From: Ruminococcaceae bacterium UBA5406
GTDB taxonomy: Bacteria > Bacillota > Clostridia > Oscillospirales > Acutalibacteraceae
DNA length: 64,000 bases
Direction: 5' to 3'
Assembly (NCBI GenBank): GCA_002407675.1
Contig: DHNW01000027.1
Span: 68,519-132,518, forward strand
Shown here: positions 54,803 through 64,000 of the stretch, one piece after another
Layout: each line of letters opens with the position of its first letter
Position numbering within the stretch: position 1 is the stretch's first letter
Notes under the pieces: model-generated
The model's database searches: none
What the model was told of the DNA's origin: nothing
The model's input: only the letters and a program-made list of their open reading frames with translations
Position numbers and translations under genes: made by a program

Positions 54803-56239
54803 ATGGCGGATCAAAAGAAAATGGTTGAGGCAATTACCCCTATGGAAAAGGACTTTGCCCAATGGTACACGGATATTGTAAAAAAAGCGGAACTGATGGA
54901 TTACACCAGCGTGCGCGGCTGTATGGTAATTGAGCCGTACGGCTGGGCAATCTGGGAAAATATCCGGAATATCCTGGATGCAAAATTCAAAGAACTGGGA
55001 CATGAAAACGTTTCCATGCCGCTGTTTATCCCCGAAAGCCTTCTGAACAAGGAAAAGGATCATATCAAAGGCTTTGCGCCGGAAGTAGCGTGGGTGACGA
55101 TGGGCGGCGAAGAAAAGCTGCCGGAGCGGCTCTGCGTGCGCCCGACCTCCGAAACGCTGTTCTGTGAGCATTACGCGCGGATCATCCACTCGTGGCGCGA
55201 CCTGCCGAAGCTGTACAACCAATGGTGTTCGGTTGTGCGCTGGGAGAAAACGACAAGGCCGTTCCTGCGCTCGGTGGAATTCCACTGGCAGGAAGGGCAC
55301 ACCATGCATGAAACGGCAGAAGAAGCAATTGCCGAAACCGAACGGATGCTGAAAGTCTACGGAGATTTCTGCGAGGAGAAACTTGCTATGCCGGTGATCC
55401 GCGGCAGAAAAACCGACAGCGACAAATTCGCGGGCGCCGAGGCAACCTACACCATTGAAGCGATGATGCATGACGGCAAGGCGCTTCAGGCGGGAACCAG
55501 CCATTACTTTGGGGACGGCTTCGCCAAGGCATTTGATGTCACATTTCAGGGCCGGGATAATTCCATCTGCCACCCGTTCCAGACTTCCTGGGGCATGAGC
55601 ACCCGCATTATCGGCGGCATCATTATGACGCACGGCGACGACGACGGCCTTGTCCTTCCCCCTGCTGTGGCTCCGGTGCAGGTAATTGTTGTTCCGGTTG
55701 CCCAGCATAAGCCGGGTGTGCTGGATAAGGCGAAGAAGCTGGAAGCACGGCTGAAAAAACAGTTCCGCGTAAAGCTGGATGATTCCGACCAGACGCCGGG
55801 CTGGAAATTCGCCCAGTATGAGATGAAAGGCGTGCCGCTCCGGCTGGAAATTGGCCCGAGGGATATCGAAAAGGGCCAGTGCGTGCTGGTGCGCCGCACC
55901 GACCGAAAGAAACTGTTTGTCCCGCTGGAGGGCCTGGAAAACGCCGTAGCGGAACAGCTGGAAACTGTGCGGAAAGAGATGTACGACCGTGCGCTGAAGC
56001 GCCGGGAAAACATGACGTACGAAGCACACACGCTGGAAGAAATGAAAACGATCGGAGAAACAAAGCCGGGGTTCGTCAAAGCCATGTGGTGCGGGGATCC
56101 TGCCTGCGAAGCAAAAATCAAGGAAGCTGCGGGCCTTTCCTCCCGCTGCATTCCGTTCCGGCAGGAGCATCTTTCCGACGTGTGCGCCTGCTGCGGAAAA
56201 CCGGCAGATAAAATGGTGTACTGGGGAAAAGCGTATTAA
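54803..56239 (+). CDS. proS: Proline--tRNA ligase (archaeal/eukaryote-like type)
   Basis: [43 protein letters not shown]-terminal Zn motif ending KAY; no INS editing domain. Confidence 0.96.
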   Translation: MADQKKMVEAITPMEKDFAQWYTDIVKKAELMDYTSVRGCMVIEPYGWAIWENIRNILDAKFKELGHENVSMPLFIPESLLNKEKDHIKGFAPEVAWVTMGGEEKLPERLCVRPTSETLFCEHYARIIHSWRDLPKLYNQWCSVVRWEKTTRPFLRSVEFHWQEGHTMHETAEEAIAETERMLKVYGDFCEEKLAMPVIRGRKTDSDKFAGAEATYTIEAMMHDGKALQAGTSHYFGDGFAKAFDVTFQGRDNSICHPFQTSWGMSTRIIGGIIMTHGDDDGLVLPPAVAPVQVIVVPVAQHKPGVLDKAKKLEARLKKQFRVKLDDSDQTPGWKFAQYEMKGVPLRLEIGPRDIEKGQCVLVRRTDRKKLFVPLEGLENAVAEQLETVRKEMYDRALKRRENMTYEAHTLEEMKTIGETKPGFVKAMWCGDPACEAKIKEAAGLSSRCIPFRQEHLSDVCACCGKPADKMVYWGKAY

Positions 56240-56278
56240 CGCTTTCCCCGGTTTTTGAATGGGAAAGGCAGTGGCATT

Positions 56279-56692
56279 ATGCTGGTTTCTACCAGGGGCA
56301 GGTATGCCTTGCGGGTCATGATCGACCTTGCGGAGCACAATAATGGCGAATGGATCCCTTTAAAAGATATTGCCGCCCGGCAGGAAGTTTCGGAAAAATA
56401 TTTGGAAAGTATTCTTTCCATCTTAAGCAAGGCGGGGTTGGTGATCGGCGCACGGGGAAAGGGCGGCGGCTACCGCCTTGCCAAGGCACCCGAACAGTAT
56501 ACGGCCGACAGTATCCTCAAGTTGACGGACGGTTCCCTGGCGCCCGTTGCCTGCCTGAAACAAACTCCAAACCGCTGCCCGCGCGCTGCCCGGTGCAAGA
56601 CGCTGCCTATGTGGGAAAAGCTGGACGGGCTGATTAACGGCTTCCTTGAAGGGGTAACGGTGGCCGACCTTGCGAAGGGTAAATTGGAGTAA
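56279..56692 (+). CDS. Rrf2-family transcriptional regulator (IscR/CymR-like, three C-terminal Cys)
   Basis: STRGRYALR, S..YLE.I, RG..GGY.L, C.......C.....C. Confidence 0.92.
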   Translation: MLVSTRGRYALRVMIDLAEHNNGEWIPLKDIAARQEVSEKYLESILSILSKAGLVIGARGKGGGYRLAKAPEQYTADSILKLTDGSLAPVACLKQTPNRCPRAARCKTLPMWEKLDGLINGFLEGVTVADLAKGKLE

Positions 56693-56785
56693 CCTATATA
56701 ACCGTACGGAAAGAAATATCAGAAACTCTGAAAAACCTATTGACAAAGTAGGCAATTCTTGTTATAATCCTATCAAACAGATAGG
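56693..56785 (+). promoter_or_regulatory. Consensus sigma-A promoter with three CCTAT-N7-(A/G)TAGG-like operator boxes
   Basis: TTGACA(56740)-17nt-TATAAT(56763); boxes at 56693-56709 (degenerate), 56736-56752 and 56769-56785. Confidence 0.75.
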
Positions 56786-56816
56786 TTAATAAAAAACTAC
56801 ATCAGGAGGGTTAGCC

Positions 56817-56906
56817 ATGAAAGCCGTTTGGGAACGGATCCTTAGAAGCAATTTTCGCTGTGGACGAATGCTTTGCTTCCGGACGCGATGTCGGAACGGG
56901 GAATAG
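56817..56906 (+). CDS. Cys-rich leader peptide, 29 aa (MKAVWERILRSNFRCGRMLCFRTRCRNGE)
   Basis: AGGAGG RBS, ATG 56817, Cys at codons 15, 20 and 25, TAG immediately followed by a hairpin and T6. Confidence 0.65.
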   Translation: MKAVWERILRSNFRCGRMLCFRTRCRNGE

Positions 56907-57030
56907 CGGCTGCCTGCCGCTGAAACGGCACAGATAGCTGCCTTTTTTCCGCCGCATTCATGTCCAGGAGTTGCCATCCGACAATATCCCGGCATTTTTT
57001 ATGCCGCGAAAAAGGAAGAAGCTGTAATTC

Positions 57031-58329
57031 ATGAATACCTATCCCTATCATTTTGAAACCATTCAGATCCACGCGGGACAGGAACAGGCTGATCCGGTTA
57101 CCGGTTCCCGCGCTGTTCCGATTTATCAAACGGCCTCTTATGTTTTTAAGGACTCTGCGGAGGCGTCAGGCCGGTTCGGCCTGACGGTTCCCGGCAACAT
57201 TTACGGCCGATTGACCAATCCCACCGTAGAAGTCTTCGAAAAAAGGATGGCCGCTCTTGAAGGGGGCGTGGGGGCGCTGGGGGTCGCGTCCGGCGCGGCC
57301 GCCATTACCGATACGTTTTTGAACCTGGCGGAGGCCGGCGACAACATTGTTTCGGCCAAGACCATTTACGGAGGGACCTTTAACCTGCTCTCCCAGACTT
57401 TGCCGCGGTACGGCATTACCACAGCGTTTGTAGATCCGGACGAAGACGGCGCGTTTGAGAATGCCATCAACGAACGGACGCGGGCGGTTTTTGTTGAAAC
57501 CGTCGGCAACCCGAACGCCACCCTGGTGGATCTGGAGGCAGTCGCCGAAACTGCGCACCGGCACGGAATCCCACTGGTGGTAGACAATACCTTCGCAACC
57601 CCTTACCTGGTGCGTCCGTTCGAGCATGGGGCGGACATTGTCGTCCATTCGGCCACCAAGTTTATCGGAGGGCACGGAACGGCCATCGGCGGCGTGATCG
57701 TGGACGGCGGCCGGTTCGACTGGACAGCCAGCGGGAAATTTCCGTCGCTGGTGGAACCGAACGCAAGCTACCACGGGATGAGCTTTACCCAGGCGGCGGG
57801 ACCCGCGGCTTTCATTGCCAAAGCCCGCGCAATCCTGCTGCGCGACACCGGCGCAACCTTGGCCCCGGTGCACGCGTTTTTGTTCCTTCAGGGTCTGGAG
57901 ACGCTCTCCCTGCGCATGGAGCGCCATGTTGAAAATACCCTGCAAGTGGTGCGTTATCTGACCCGCCAGCCGCTGGTTGAAAGAATCAACCACCCGGTCC
58001 TGCCGGATCATCCCCACCACGCGCTGTACAAAAAATATTTCCCCAACGGGGGAATTTCAATCTTTACATTTGAGATAAAGGGCGGCGCCAAAGAAGCGCG
58101 GACATTTATCGACCATCTGAAAATTTTTTCCCTGCTGGCCAATGTGGGCGACGTCAAGTCGCTGGTGATACATCCGGCGTCCACAACCCACGCGCAGCTC
58201 AGCGAAAGGGAACTGCTTGACCAGGGAATACGGCCGAACACAATCCGCCTGTCCATTGGTACGGAATATATTGACGATCTTACCGCAGATCTGGAGGAAG
58301 GGTTCCGTGCCGCTGCATCCCTCTCATAA
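57031..58329 (+). CDS. metY: O-acetylhomoserine aminocarboxypropyltransferase / sulfhydrylase
   Basis: [50 protein letters not shown]. Confidence 0.93.
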   Translation: MNTYPYHFETIQIHAGQEQADPVTGSRAVPIYQTASYVFKDSAEASGRFGLTVPGNIYGRLTNPTVEVFEKRMAALEGGVGALGVASGAAAITDTFLNLAEAGDNIVSAKTIYGGTFNLLSQTLPRYGITTAFVDPDEDGAFENAINERTRAVFVETVGNPNATLVDLEAVAETAHRHGIPLVVDNTFATPYLVRPFEHGADIVVHSATKFIGGHGTAIGGVIVDGGRFDWTASGKFPSLVEPNASYHGMSFTQAAGPAAFIAKARAILLRDTGATLAPVHAFLFLQGLETLSLRMERHVENTLQVVRYLTRQPLVERINHPVLPDHPHHALYKKYFPNGGISIFTFEIKGGAKEARTFIDHLKIFSLLANVGDVKSLVIHPASTTHAQLSERELLDQGIRPNTIRLSIGTEYIDDLTADLEEGFRAAASLS

Positions 58330-58345
58330 GAAAGGAGTCTGACTT

Positions 58346-59275
58346 ATGCCAAAAATTTACCACTCTATGGAGGAACTGATTGGCCATACACCTTTACTGG
58401 AGCTGACCCATTATGAAAAGGCAAACCGGCTGGAAGCGACCATCCTCGCCAAGCTGGAGTACCTGAACCCGGCCGGCAGCGTAAAAGACCGCATTGCCAA
58501 GGCTATGCTGGACGATGCGGAAAAAAGAGGAGCCCTCAAGCCCGGCGTGCCCATTATTGAACCCACCAGCGGCAACACGGGGATTGGCCTTGCCGCCGTG
58601 GCGGCAGCCAGGGGCTACCGGATGATTATTGTGATGCCGGACACCATGAGCGTGGAGCGCCGGGCGCTGATCCGGGCGTACGGTGCGGAGCTGGTTCTCT
58701 CCGAAGGCTCCAAAGGAATGAAGGGGGCCATCGCCAAAGCCAGGGAACTGTCGGGGGAACTGAACGGATTTATTCCCGGCCAGTTTGAGAATCCGGCGAA
58801 CCCCGCTGCGCACAAAGCGACTACCGGCCCTGAAATCTGGGAAGACACGGCCGGGCGGGTCGATATCTTTGTAGCCGGCGTGGGCACCGGCGGGACGATT
58901 ACCGGCGTAGGGGAATACCTGAAAAGCAGGAATCCGGCCATCCGGGTTGTCGCCGTGGAGCCGGCGTCTTCCCCGGTGCTCTCCAAAGGGACGACGGGAA
59001 GCCATAAAATCCAGGGGATTGGCCCGGGCTTTATCCCCGATGTGCTGGATACGAAAATCTATGATGAGATCATTACGGTTTCAGACAGCGACGCATTTGC
59101 CGCCGGAAAGGCCGTGGGCCGTAACGAGGGCGTCCTCGTCGGGATTTCTTCCGGCGCGGCGGTTTGGGCGGCGGCACAGCTGGCCAGGCGGCCTGAAAAC
59201 AAAGGGAAGACCCTTGTTGCCCTGCTGCCCGACACGGGCGACCGGTACCTTTCCACTCCGCTCTTTGCGGACTGA
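58346..59275 (+). CDS. cysK: Cysteine synthase A
   Basis: [40 protein letters not shown]. Confidence 0.96.
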   Translation: MPKIYHSMEELIGHTPLLELTHYEKANRLEATILAKLEYLNPAGSVKDRIAKAMLDDAEKRGALKPGVPIIEPTSGNTGIGLAAVAAARGYRMIIVMPDTMSVERRALIRAYGAELVLSEGSKGMKGAIAKARELSGELNGFIPGQFENPANPAAHKATTGPEIWEDTAGRVDIFVAGVGTGGTITGVGEYLKSRNPAIRVVAVEPASSPVLSKGTTGSHKIQGIGPGFIPDVLDTKIYDEIITVSDSDAFAAGKAVGRNEGVLVGISSGAAVWAAAQLARRPENKGKTLVALLPDTGDRYLSTPLFAD

Positions 59276-59286
59276 CGGCTTTGCCC

Positions 59287-59320
59287 CGGCCGGGAGGATG
59301 CGTCTTCCCGGCCGCTTTTT
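59287..59320 (+). terminator. Terminator after cysK
   Basis: CGGCCGGGAGGA-TGCG-TCTTCCCGGCCG-CTTTTT. Confidence 0.7.
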
Positions 59321-59365
59321 GTGCCGGTGGGGGAAAATTATCAAAATAGAAAGGATTCGTACAGT

Positions 59366-60529
59366 TTGAAACGGCAAATTTATGTAGATAATGCGGCAAC
59401 AACCCGACTGAGCCGGGCGGCGGCCGAAGCCATGCGCCCGTACCTGGACGGGCTTTTCGGGAACCCCTCCAGCGCCCATACGGCGGGAATGAAGGCCGCG
59501 CAGGCTCTGAAACGGGCACGCGAAACCCTTGCCGGGCTGCTGGGGTGTTCGCCGAAGGGAATTTATTTTACTTCCGGCGGCAGCGAATCCGACAACCAGG
59601 CTCTGATTTCGGCGGCCGCATGGGGTGCGGAACATGGGCGGCGCCATCTCATCGCTTCCGCGTTCGAGCATCCCGCCGTGCTGCGCACGCTGGAGGCTCT
59701 GCGGAACCGCGGGTTTGAAACAGAGATGATCCCGGTTTCCCGCGGAGGAATAGTGGATCCAGGGCGCGTGGCGTCCTCCATCCGAGACGGTACCTGCCTT
59801 GTGAGCGTGATGGCTGCCAACAACGAGATTGGAACCGTCCAGCCTATTGCGGAAATCGGGCGGATTTGCCGTGAAAGGCACGTTTTGTTTCACACGGATG
59901 CCGTGCAGGCTGCCGGCCATATCCCTTTGAATATCCGCGGGATGAAGGTCGACCTGCTGTCCCTTTCGGCCCATAAATTTCATGGGCCGAAAGGGGCGGG
60001 TGTGCTGTATGCGGGGGAGAACGTCCCGCTGGTCCCGCTGATCCGCGGCGGCGGGCAGGAACGAGGCCTGCGCGCGGGGACCCAAAATGTCCCGGCCATT
60101 GCGGGGATGGCGGCGGCACTGCGGGAAGCGTGCGGAAAAATGGAAGCGGATGCCTCCCATACCGCCGCTCTAAGGGACCGTCTCACAGATGGCCTTGAGT
60201 CCATACCGGGTGCTGTCCCGGTCGGGGATCGGGATCACCGGCTCCCCGGGATCGTGAATTTTTGTTTCCGGGGCGTGGAGGCGGAGCCGCTCCTCCTGCT
60301 GCTGGACGAAGAGGGGATCTGCGCTTCCTCCGGCTCTGCGTGCGCGGCCGGGGCGCTGGAGCCAAGCCATGTGCTGCTTGCACTGGGATTGCCGAAGGCG
60401 CTGGCGCGGGGGGAACTGCGTTTTTCGCTGGATGCGGGAAACACGGAGGAAGAGATTGACACGGTGATCCGGGCGACTGCTTCAGCGGTAACGCGGCTGC
60501 GCCGATATGCCGGAAAAAAGGCCCTATGA
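59366..60529 (+). CDS. iscS: Cysteine desulfurase (IscS/NifS type)
   Basis: Y.DNAATT, FTSGGSESDN, HTDAVQ, SAHKF.GPKG, SSGSAC; TTG start after GAAAGGA. Confidence 0.93.
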   Translation: MKRQIYVDNAATTRLSRAAAEAMRPYLDGLFGNPSSAHTAGMKAAQALKRARETLAGLLGCSPKGIYFTSGGSESDNQALISAAAWGAEHGRRHLIASAFEHPAVLRTLEALRNRGFETEMIPVSRGGIVDPGRVASSIRDGTCLVSVMAANNEIGTVQPIAEIGRICRERHVLFHTDAVQAAGHIPLNIRGMKVDLLSLSAHKFHGPKGAGVLYAGENVPLVPLIRGGGQERGLRAGTQNVPAIAGMAAALREACGKMEADASHTAALRDRLTDGLESIPGAVPVGDRDHRLPGIVNFCFRGVEAEPLLLLLDEEGICASSGSACAAGALEPSHVLLALGLPKALARGELRFSLDAGNTEEEIDTVIRATASAVTRLRRYAGKKAL

Positions 60530-61611
60530 GGCGGGCGATGATTGCCATGAGCGGCGGCGTGGATTCCAGCGTGGCCGCCTGCCTGATGAAAGAGAGCGGG
60601 TATGACTGCATGGGCGTTACCATGTATCTGTACCGGGGAGAAGACAGGGCGGCGGAAAAACGCAGGAAGACCTGCTGCAGTCTGGATGATGTGGAAGACG
60701 CCCGCAGTGTGGCTTTCCAGCTGGGGATCCCGTATCACGTCTTTAATTTCACGGACGAATTTGAGCGGGAGGTCATCCGACGTTTTGTCATAGGATACGA
60801 AAACGGGGAAACGCCCAACCCCTGCCTGGACTGCAACCGGTATCTGAAGTTCGGCCGGTTTCTGCACCGGGCGGAAGAGCTGGGATACGGCTGCGTGGCC
60901 ACGGGGCATTACGCCCGCATTGAGAAAGATCCAAAAAGCGGCCGGTTCCTGCTGAAAAAGGCGCTGGATGAAGCGAAGGATCAGAGCTATGTGCTGTATG
61001 CCATGACTCAGGATCAACTGGCGCACACGGTATTCCCGCTGGGAAACCTCCGAAAGGCACAGGTGCGCCGGATTGCGGAGGAGCATGGTTTCCGGAACGC
61101 ACAAAAGCGGGACAGCGAGGACATTTGTTTTGTTCCGGACGGCGACTACGCCGGGTTTTTGGAGCGTTACACGGGGCAGAAGTATGCCTGCGGCGATTTC
61201 GTCAGCCGGGACGGCCGCGTCCTCGGCAGGCACAAAGGGATCGTCCGCTATACCGTCGGGCAGCGGAAGGGCCTTGGCCTTTCAGAAGGGAAACCGCTGT
61301 ATGTGTGCGCCAAATGCGCCCGCCGCAACACCGTTACCCTGGGCGGAAAAGAGGACCTGTTTTCCCGTTCCCTGGCCGCTGACCGCCTGAACTTGATTTC
61401 TTGCGGGCGCCTTGACCGGCCGGCCCGGCTTTCCGTGCGGATCCGCTATGGGCAGAGAGAGCAGCCGGCCACGGTTACCCAGATGGACGGCGGTACGGTG
61501 CGTGTAGTGTTTGACGAACCGCAATGTGCCATATCGCCGGGGCAGGCCGTGGTTTTTTACGACGGAGATACGGTTGTCGGCGGGGCGACGATACGGGGGA
61601 CGGATCTCTGA
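60526..61611 (+). CDS. mnmA: tRNA 2-thiouridine(34) synthase
   Basis: SGGVDS PP-loop, TPNPC..CN...KF, ATGHYA, KDQSY, S.DICF, YT.GQR.GL, PGQ..V.Y. Confidence 0.96.
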   Translation: MRRAMIAMSGGVDSSVAACLMKESGYDCMGVTMYLYRGEDRAAEKRRKTCCSLDDVEDARSVAFQLGIPYHVFNFTDEFEREVIRRFVIGYENGETPNPCLDCNRYLKFGRFLHRAEELGYGCVATGHYARIEKDPKSGRFLLKKALDEAKDQSYVLYAMTQDQLAHTVFPLGNLRKAQVRRIAEEHGFRNAQKRDSEDICFVPDGDYAGFLERYTGQKYACGDFVSRDGRVLGRHKGIVRYTVGQRKGLGLSEGKPLYVCAKCARRNTVTLGGKEDLFSRSLAADRLNLISCGRLDRPARLSVRIRYGQREQPATVTQMDGGTVRVVFDEPQCAISPGQAVVFYDGDTVVGGATIRGTDL

Positions 61612-61732
61612 TCCGGCAGGAGCATCTTTCCGGCGTATGCACCTGCTGCGGAAAAGCGTATTAATCCAAAACACAGACGGAACAGGGCCGGCCGCATTTT
61701 ACGGCCGGCCCTTTGGTGTTTCTTTTGAAAAT

Positions 61733-62815
61733 TTAAATTTTCCCTTTGATGATAAGGGAGGAAGAATCTGCCTCTTTGGAATCGGAACTCGGTTTGCCCG
61801 TAACAACCGCAGTGATATTGACAACCGGGATAAAGATTGGATCCAAACCCGTTTCGTCGGTCGCCAGAACCACAAGTCCAGCTTCATTTTTATAGACAAT
61901 GCCGGTTGCTGAGATCAGGGCTCCCGAATAGATCGTAACGCTTGTGGAAACAGGCAGATAAGCCTGATAGGCCGTGATCAGGTTCTTGTCGCATCCGGCG
62001 GGGAAGGTCGGTTCCGGCAGGAAAGAAATAGACGGGTCGTACACTGTGCCGCTTGGCAGTTCAATTGCGGTGATGGTGTTCAGGGGAACTGCTCCATATT
62101 CGCCACTGTCTTCCAGGACAAAAAGCGTGCCGTACGTCGCCTGCGGCGAAGAGAACAGTTCAACCGGTGTTCCCTGAATTCCAGCCGCATTGAACCCCGT
62201 TGTGTAAGCTTTTATGATGCTGGTGGGGTACAGGGTGATGAGCTGCTGGATAACGTGAGCCAGTTGGGCATAGCTGAAACAAATCGCCGTGCTTTCACTC
62301 GGTGAACTCGAGTACGTTAAAACCAGCTTTGGGAAATACGGTTCGTATACAATCACATTTGTGGCAAACTGTACGGCTGTGGTGCCGTCGGAGTTGGTAA
62401 GGGCAATTCCATTGTTCGGGTAGGTTCCGTTCAGCCAGTTGTTGACCAGCCCTGTCACGTCAATCTGCACGGCTGAATAGAGATCACCTGTTGTTACGTT
62501 GACCTGCGAACCCGTGGCGGTGTAACTCGGGCGCGTGTCGTAGGTAACCGTGGATGGGTCGAACGGTTCGGTGACACGGTTGACGGCAACCGGGCTGGGA
62601 CTTGCGCCGCTTTTCACAATGACGGAAAGCTGTAGCACGGCGCTGTCGACCTGACTGACGGGAAGTGTAGGCAAAGCAATCTGAAGCAGGCCGATACAGG
62701 TTGCGTAAGATGCGTCGGTTCCCACATACATGGTAGGATATAGCGAGAAATTTCCGGTCGGCTGGGCTGATGACACAAAAGCCGTATCCGGAATCTCCAG
62801 TGTTACTGTGGGCAT
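61733..62815 (-). CDS. DNRLRE/CBM96-domain protein
   Basis: D..FVSS..P..N, A.L.L, IDVT.LV..W..G...N.GI.L, P.L..TY; GAAGGGG RBS before ATG 62815. Confidence 0.75.
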   Translation of the reverse strand: MPTVTLEIPDTAFVSSAQPTGNFSLYPTMYVGTDASYATCIGLLQIALPTLPVSQVDSAVLQLSVIVKSGASPSPVAVNRVTEPFDPSTVTYDTRPSYTATGSQVNVTTGDLYSAVQIDVTGLVNNWLNGTYPNNGIALTNSDGTTAVQFATNVIVYEPYFPKLVLTYSSSPSESTAICFSYAQLAHVIQQLITLYPTSIIKAYTTGFNAAGIQGTPVELFSSPQATYGTLFVLEDSGEYGAVPLNTITAIELPSGTVYDPSISFLPEPTFPAGCDKNLITAYQAYLPVSTSVTIYSGALISATGIVYKNEAGLVVLATDETGLDPIFIPVVNITAVVTGKPSSDSKEADSSSLIIKGKI

Positions 62816-62992
62816 AGAAACCCCTTCTTTCAAATTACGATCGTGTGTTTATTACCATATTATGCTGTATTTGTACTTGGTGAAGCGAAAGATCCTGAAA
62901 GAAGCAGAAATAAATATAATATGTAACCTTTTCCCGCCGAGGATCGTGTTATTAGTGAAAGGGGGGAATGAAAGGATGAAAAAACATCCACC

Positions 62993-63586
62993 ATGCACGG
63001 AGGAAGAACTTTCGGAAACATATGCTTTGAAAATTTCACTCTGAAATGTGTCGGCAGTGGAATTACAAACGTCACATATGAAACCGACCATGGAATTTTT
63101 GAACAGCCTGTCCCGATTACGCACAAACAGTACCAGGATCCGGACCTCTCTGATAAAAACGGTTATGACAGCTACATGCAGTGTGTCCCCTTTAGCGACG
63201 ATTATGTCGGCAGTGATCCGTATACCGACAGTGAATAGGACGGCCAGTGGTACGCATATAAACCCGCAGGGAGCAAATATACCGTAAACGCAGACAAAGA
63301 CTACAGCGGATATCTGACCATGAGATGGACCGGCCTGCCGGATGACATGAAGAACTGCACGGAAAGCGACATTCAGAATGTCAAGAAAGACAAGGAAAAA
63401 AGCAAAAAAATGATTGGCCGTGTGGCGGACTATTTCGACGAACAGATCGGAAAAACGCAGCTAAAGATCACAGCCACTTTCAAGGATGGCAGCACCTGCA
63501 CCAAAACGGTTGCTCTGAAAAGGGCAAAGGGAAAAAATAACTTCGGTGGTTACGATCATATTCTGAAAGCAACACTTCTGAACTGA
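62993..63586 (+). pseudogene. Interrupted gene (in-frame TAG at 63236) encoding an extracellular-type domain
   Basis: ORFs 62993-63238 and 63320-63586 share one frame with no other stop between them; the 5' end (RBS plus ATG 62976) is out of frame. Confidence 0.6.
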
Positions 63587-63592
63587 TTTTAT

Positions 63593-63638
63593 AAAAGAAT
63601 TGCAGCCAGGCGGATTTCCGCCGGGCTGCAATTCTTTT
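63593..63638. terminator. Bidirectional terminator
   Basis: AAAAGAATTGCAGCC-AGGCGGA-TT-TCCGCCG-GGCTGCAATTCTTTT between convergent genes. Confidence 0.8.
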
Positions 63639-63693
63639 GCCTTCTGAAGAAAGTCGTGAATAATCAGTTTGGTACGCTTTTTTGAAAACGTTT

Positions 63694-64000
63694 CTAGGCG
63701 ACAGTTACGGTGCATGACGCCGTTAAACCGTTGCTCGATTTTGCCGTAATAACAGATGTCCCGCGTGATACGCCGTATACCGTTCCATTCTTAACCTGCG
63801 CTGCGCGCGGATTGGAGGAAGTCCACGAAGTCAGGTTGTTTTTAACTTCATGGTTAATCAGGGAGACCGACGCGGTAAGATCCTGGGTCTTGCCAACTCG
63901 AAGATCCATTTCGGAGCGATCCATAACAACCGACACGGGCACGAAATCATAGACGGCGATGCAGGAAGCAAGATTTTCTGCAATTGCCTCCGTGTTGGAT
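63694..64000 (-). CDS. C-terminal part of a Big_2 (Ig-like) domain protein, truncated by the window edge
   Basis: Frame open to the window end; L.VG....L.A...WTSSNP..A.V.NG.V..V..GT..ITA....G.TASC.VTV. Confidence 0.75.
   Translation of the reverse strand, partial: SNTEAIAENLASCIAVYDFVPVSVVMDRSEMDLRVGKTQDLTASVSLINHEVKNNLTSWTSSNPRAAQVKNGTVYGVSRGTSVITAKSSNGLTASCTVTVA

Noticed and set aside
54740-56338. 532-aa minus-strand ORF
   Set aside because: Antisense shadow of proS
56796-56900. SAM-I (S-box) riboswitch before metY
   Set aside because: ATCAGGAG...ATGAAAGCC is superficially similar, but the GCAACC, GGTGC/AATTCC and closing GAT elements are missing
63236-63238. Pyrrolysine read-through of the in-frame TAG
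   Set aside because: No pyl genes or methylamine methyltransferase context in the window; the gene's 5' end is also broken, favouring a pseudogene
1-64000. rRNA, tRNA, CRISPR arrays, transposases, integrases, phage genes
   Set aside because: None recognised by eye or in the ORF track; tRNAscan, Rfam and ISfinder runs would confirm

Overview
A 64 kb chromosomal segment from a fairly GC-rich, spore-forming clostridial bacterium. Gene order and protein style point to Oscillospiraceae/Ruminococcaceae (Caproiciproducens-like); this is an inference. Most of it is housekeeping: glnA, pdxK, a lipoprotein plus OmpR-family two-component system, DUF1385-prmC-recA-recX-rimO-pgsA, cysE-cysS, ybaK, cstA, ilvB-ilvN-ilvA-ridA, prmA, an aroF-tyrA-aroB-aroA-aroC-pheA operon, an aroE-aroK fusion, acpP, oadB/oadG, proS, and rrf2-metY-cysK-iscS-mnmA. 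The most interesting signals lie between the annotated ORFs. (1) A 46-aa Phe/Tyr/Trp-rich leader peptide with classic 1:2/2:3/3:4 attenuator geometry precedes the aro operon. (2) A Cys-rich leader peptide, a terminator and three operator boxes precede metY-cysK, and a 12-aa Cys-ending uORF lies behind the Cys T-box. (3) Back-to-back Ile T-boxes control ilvBN-ilvA and, unexpectedly, a CstA-family transporter. (4) Two small basic ORFs missing from the ORF track sit behind a consensus sigma-G promoter. A 2.4 kb island, AT-rich in its left half and bounded by 48-bp direct repeats, sits at the 3' end of the second one. It carries a decayed RiPP-like cassette (peptide remnant, hairpin, SPASM-only radical-SAM remnant, MFS exporter). 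No rRNA, tRNA, CRISPR array, transposase or integrase was recognised.
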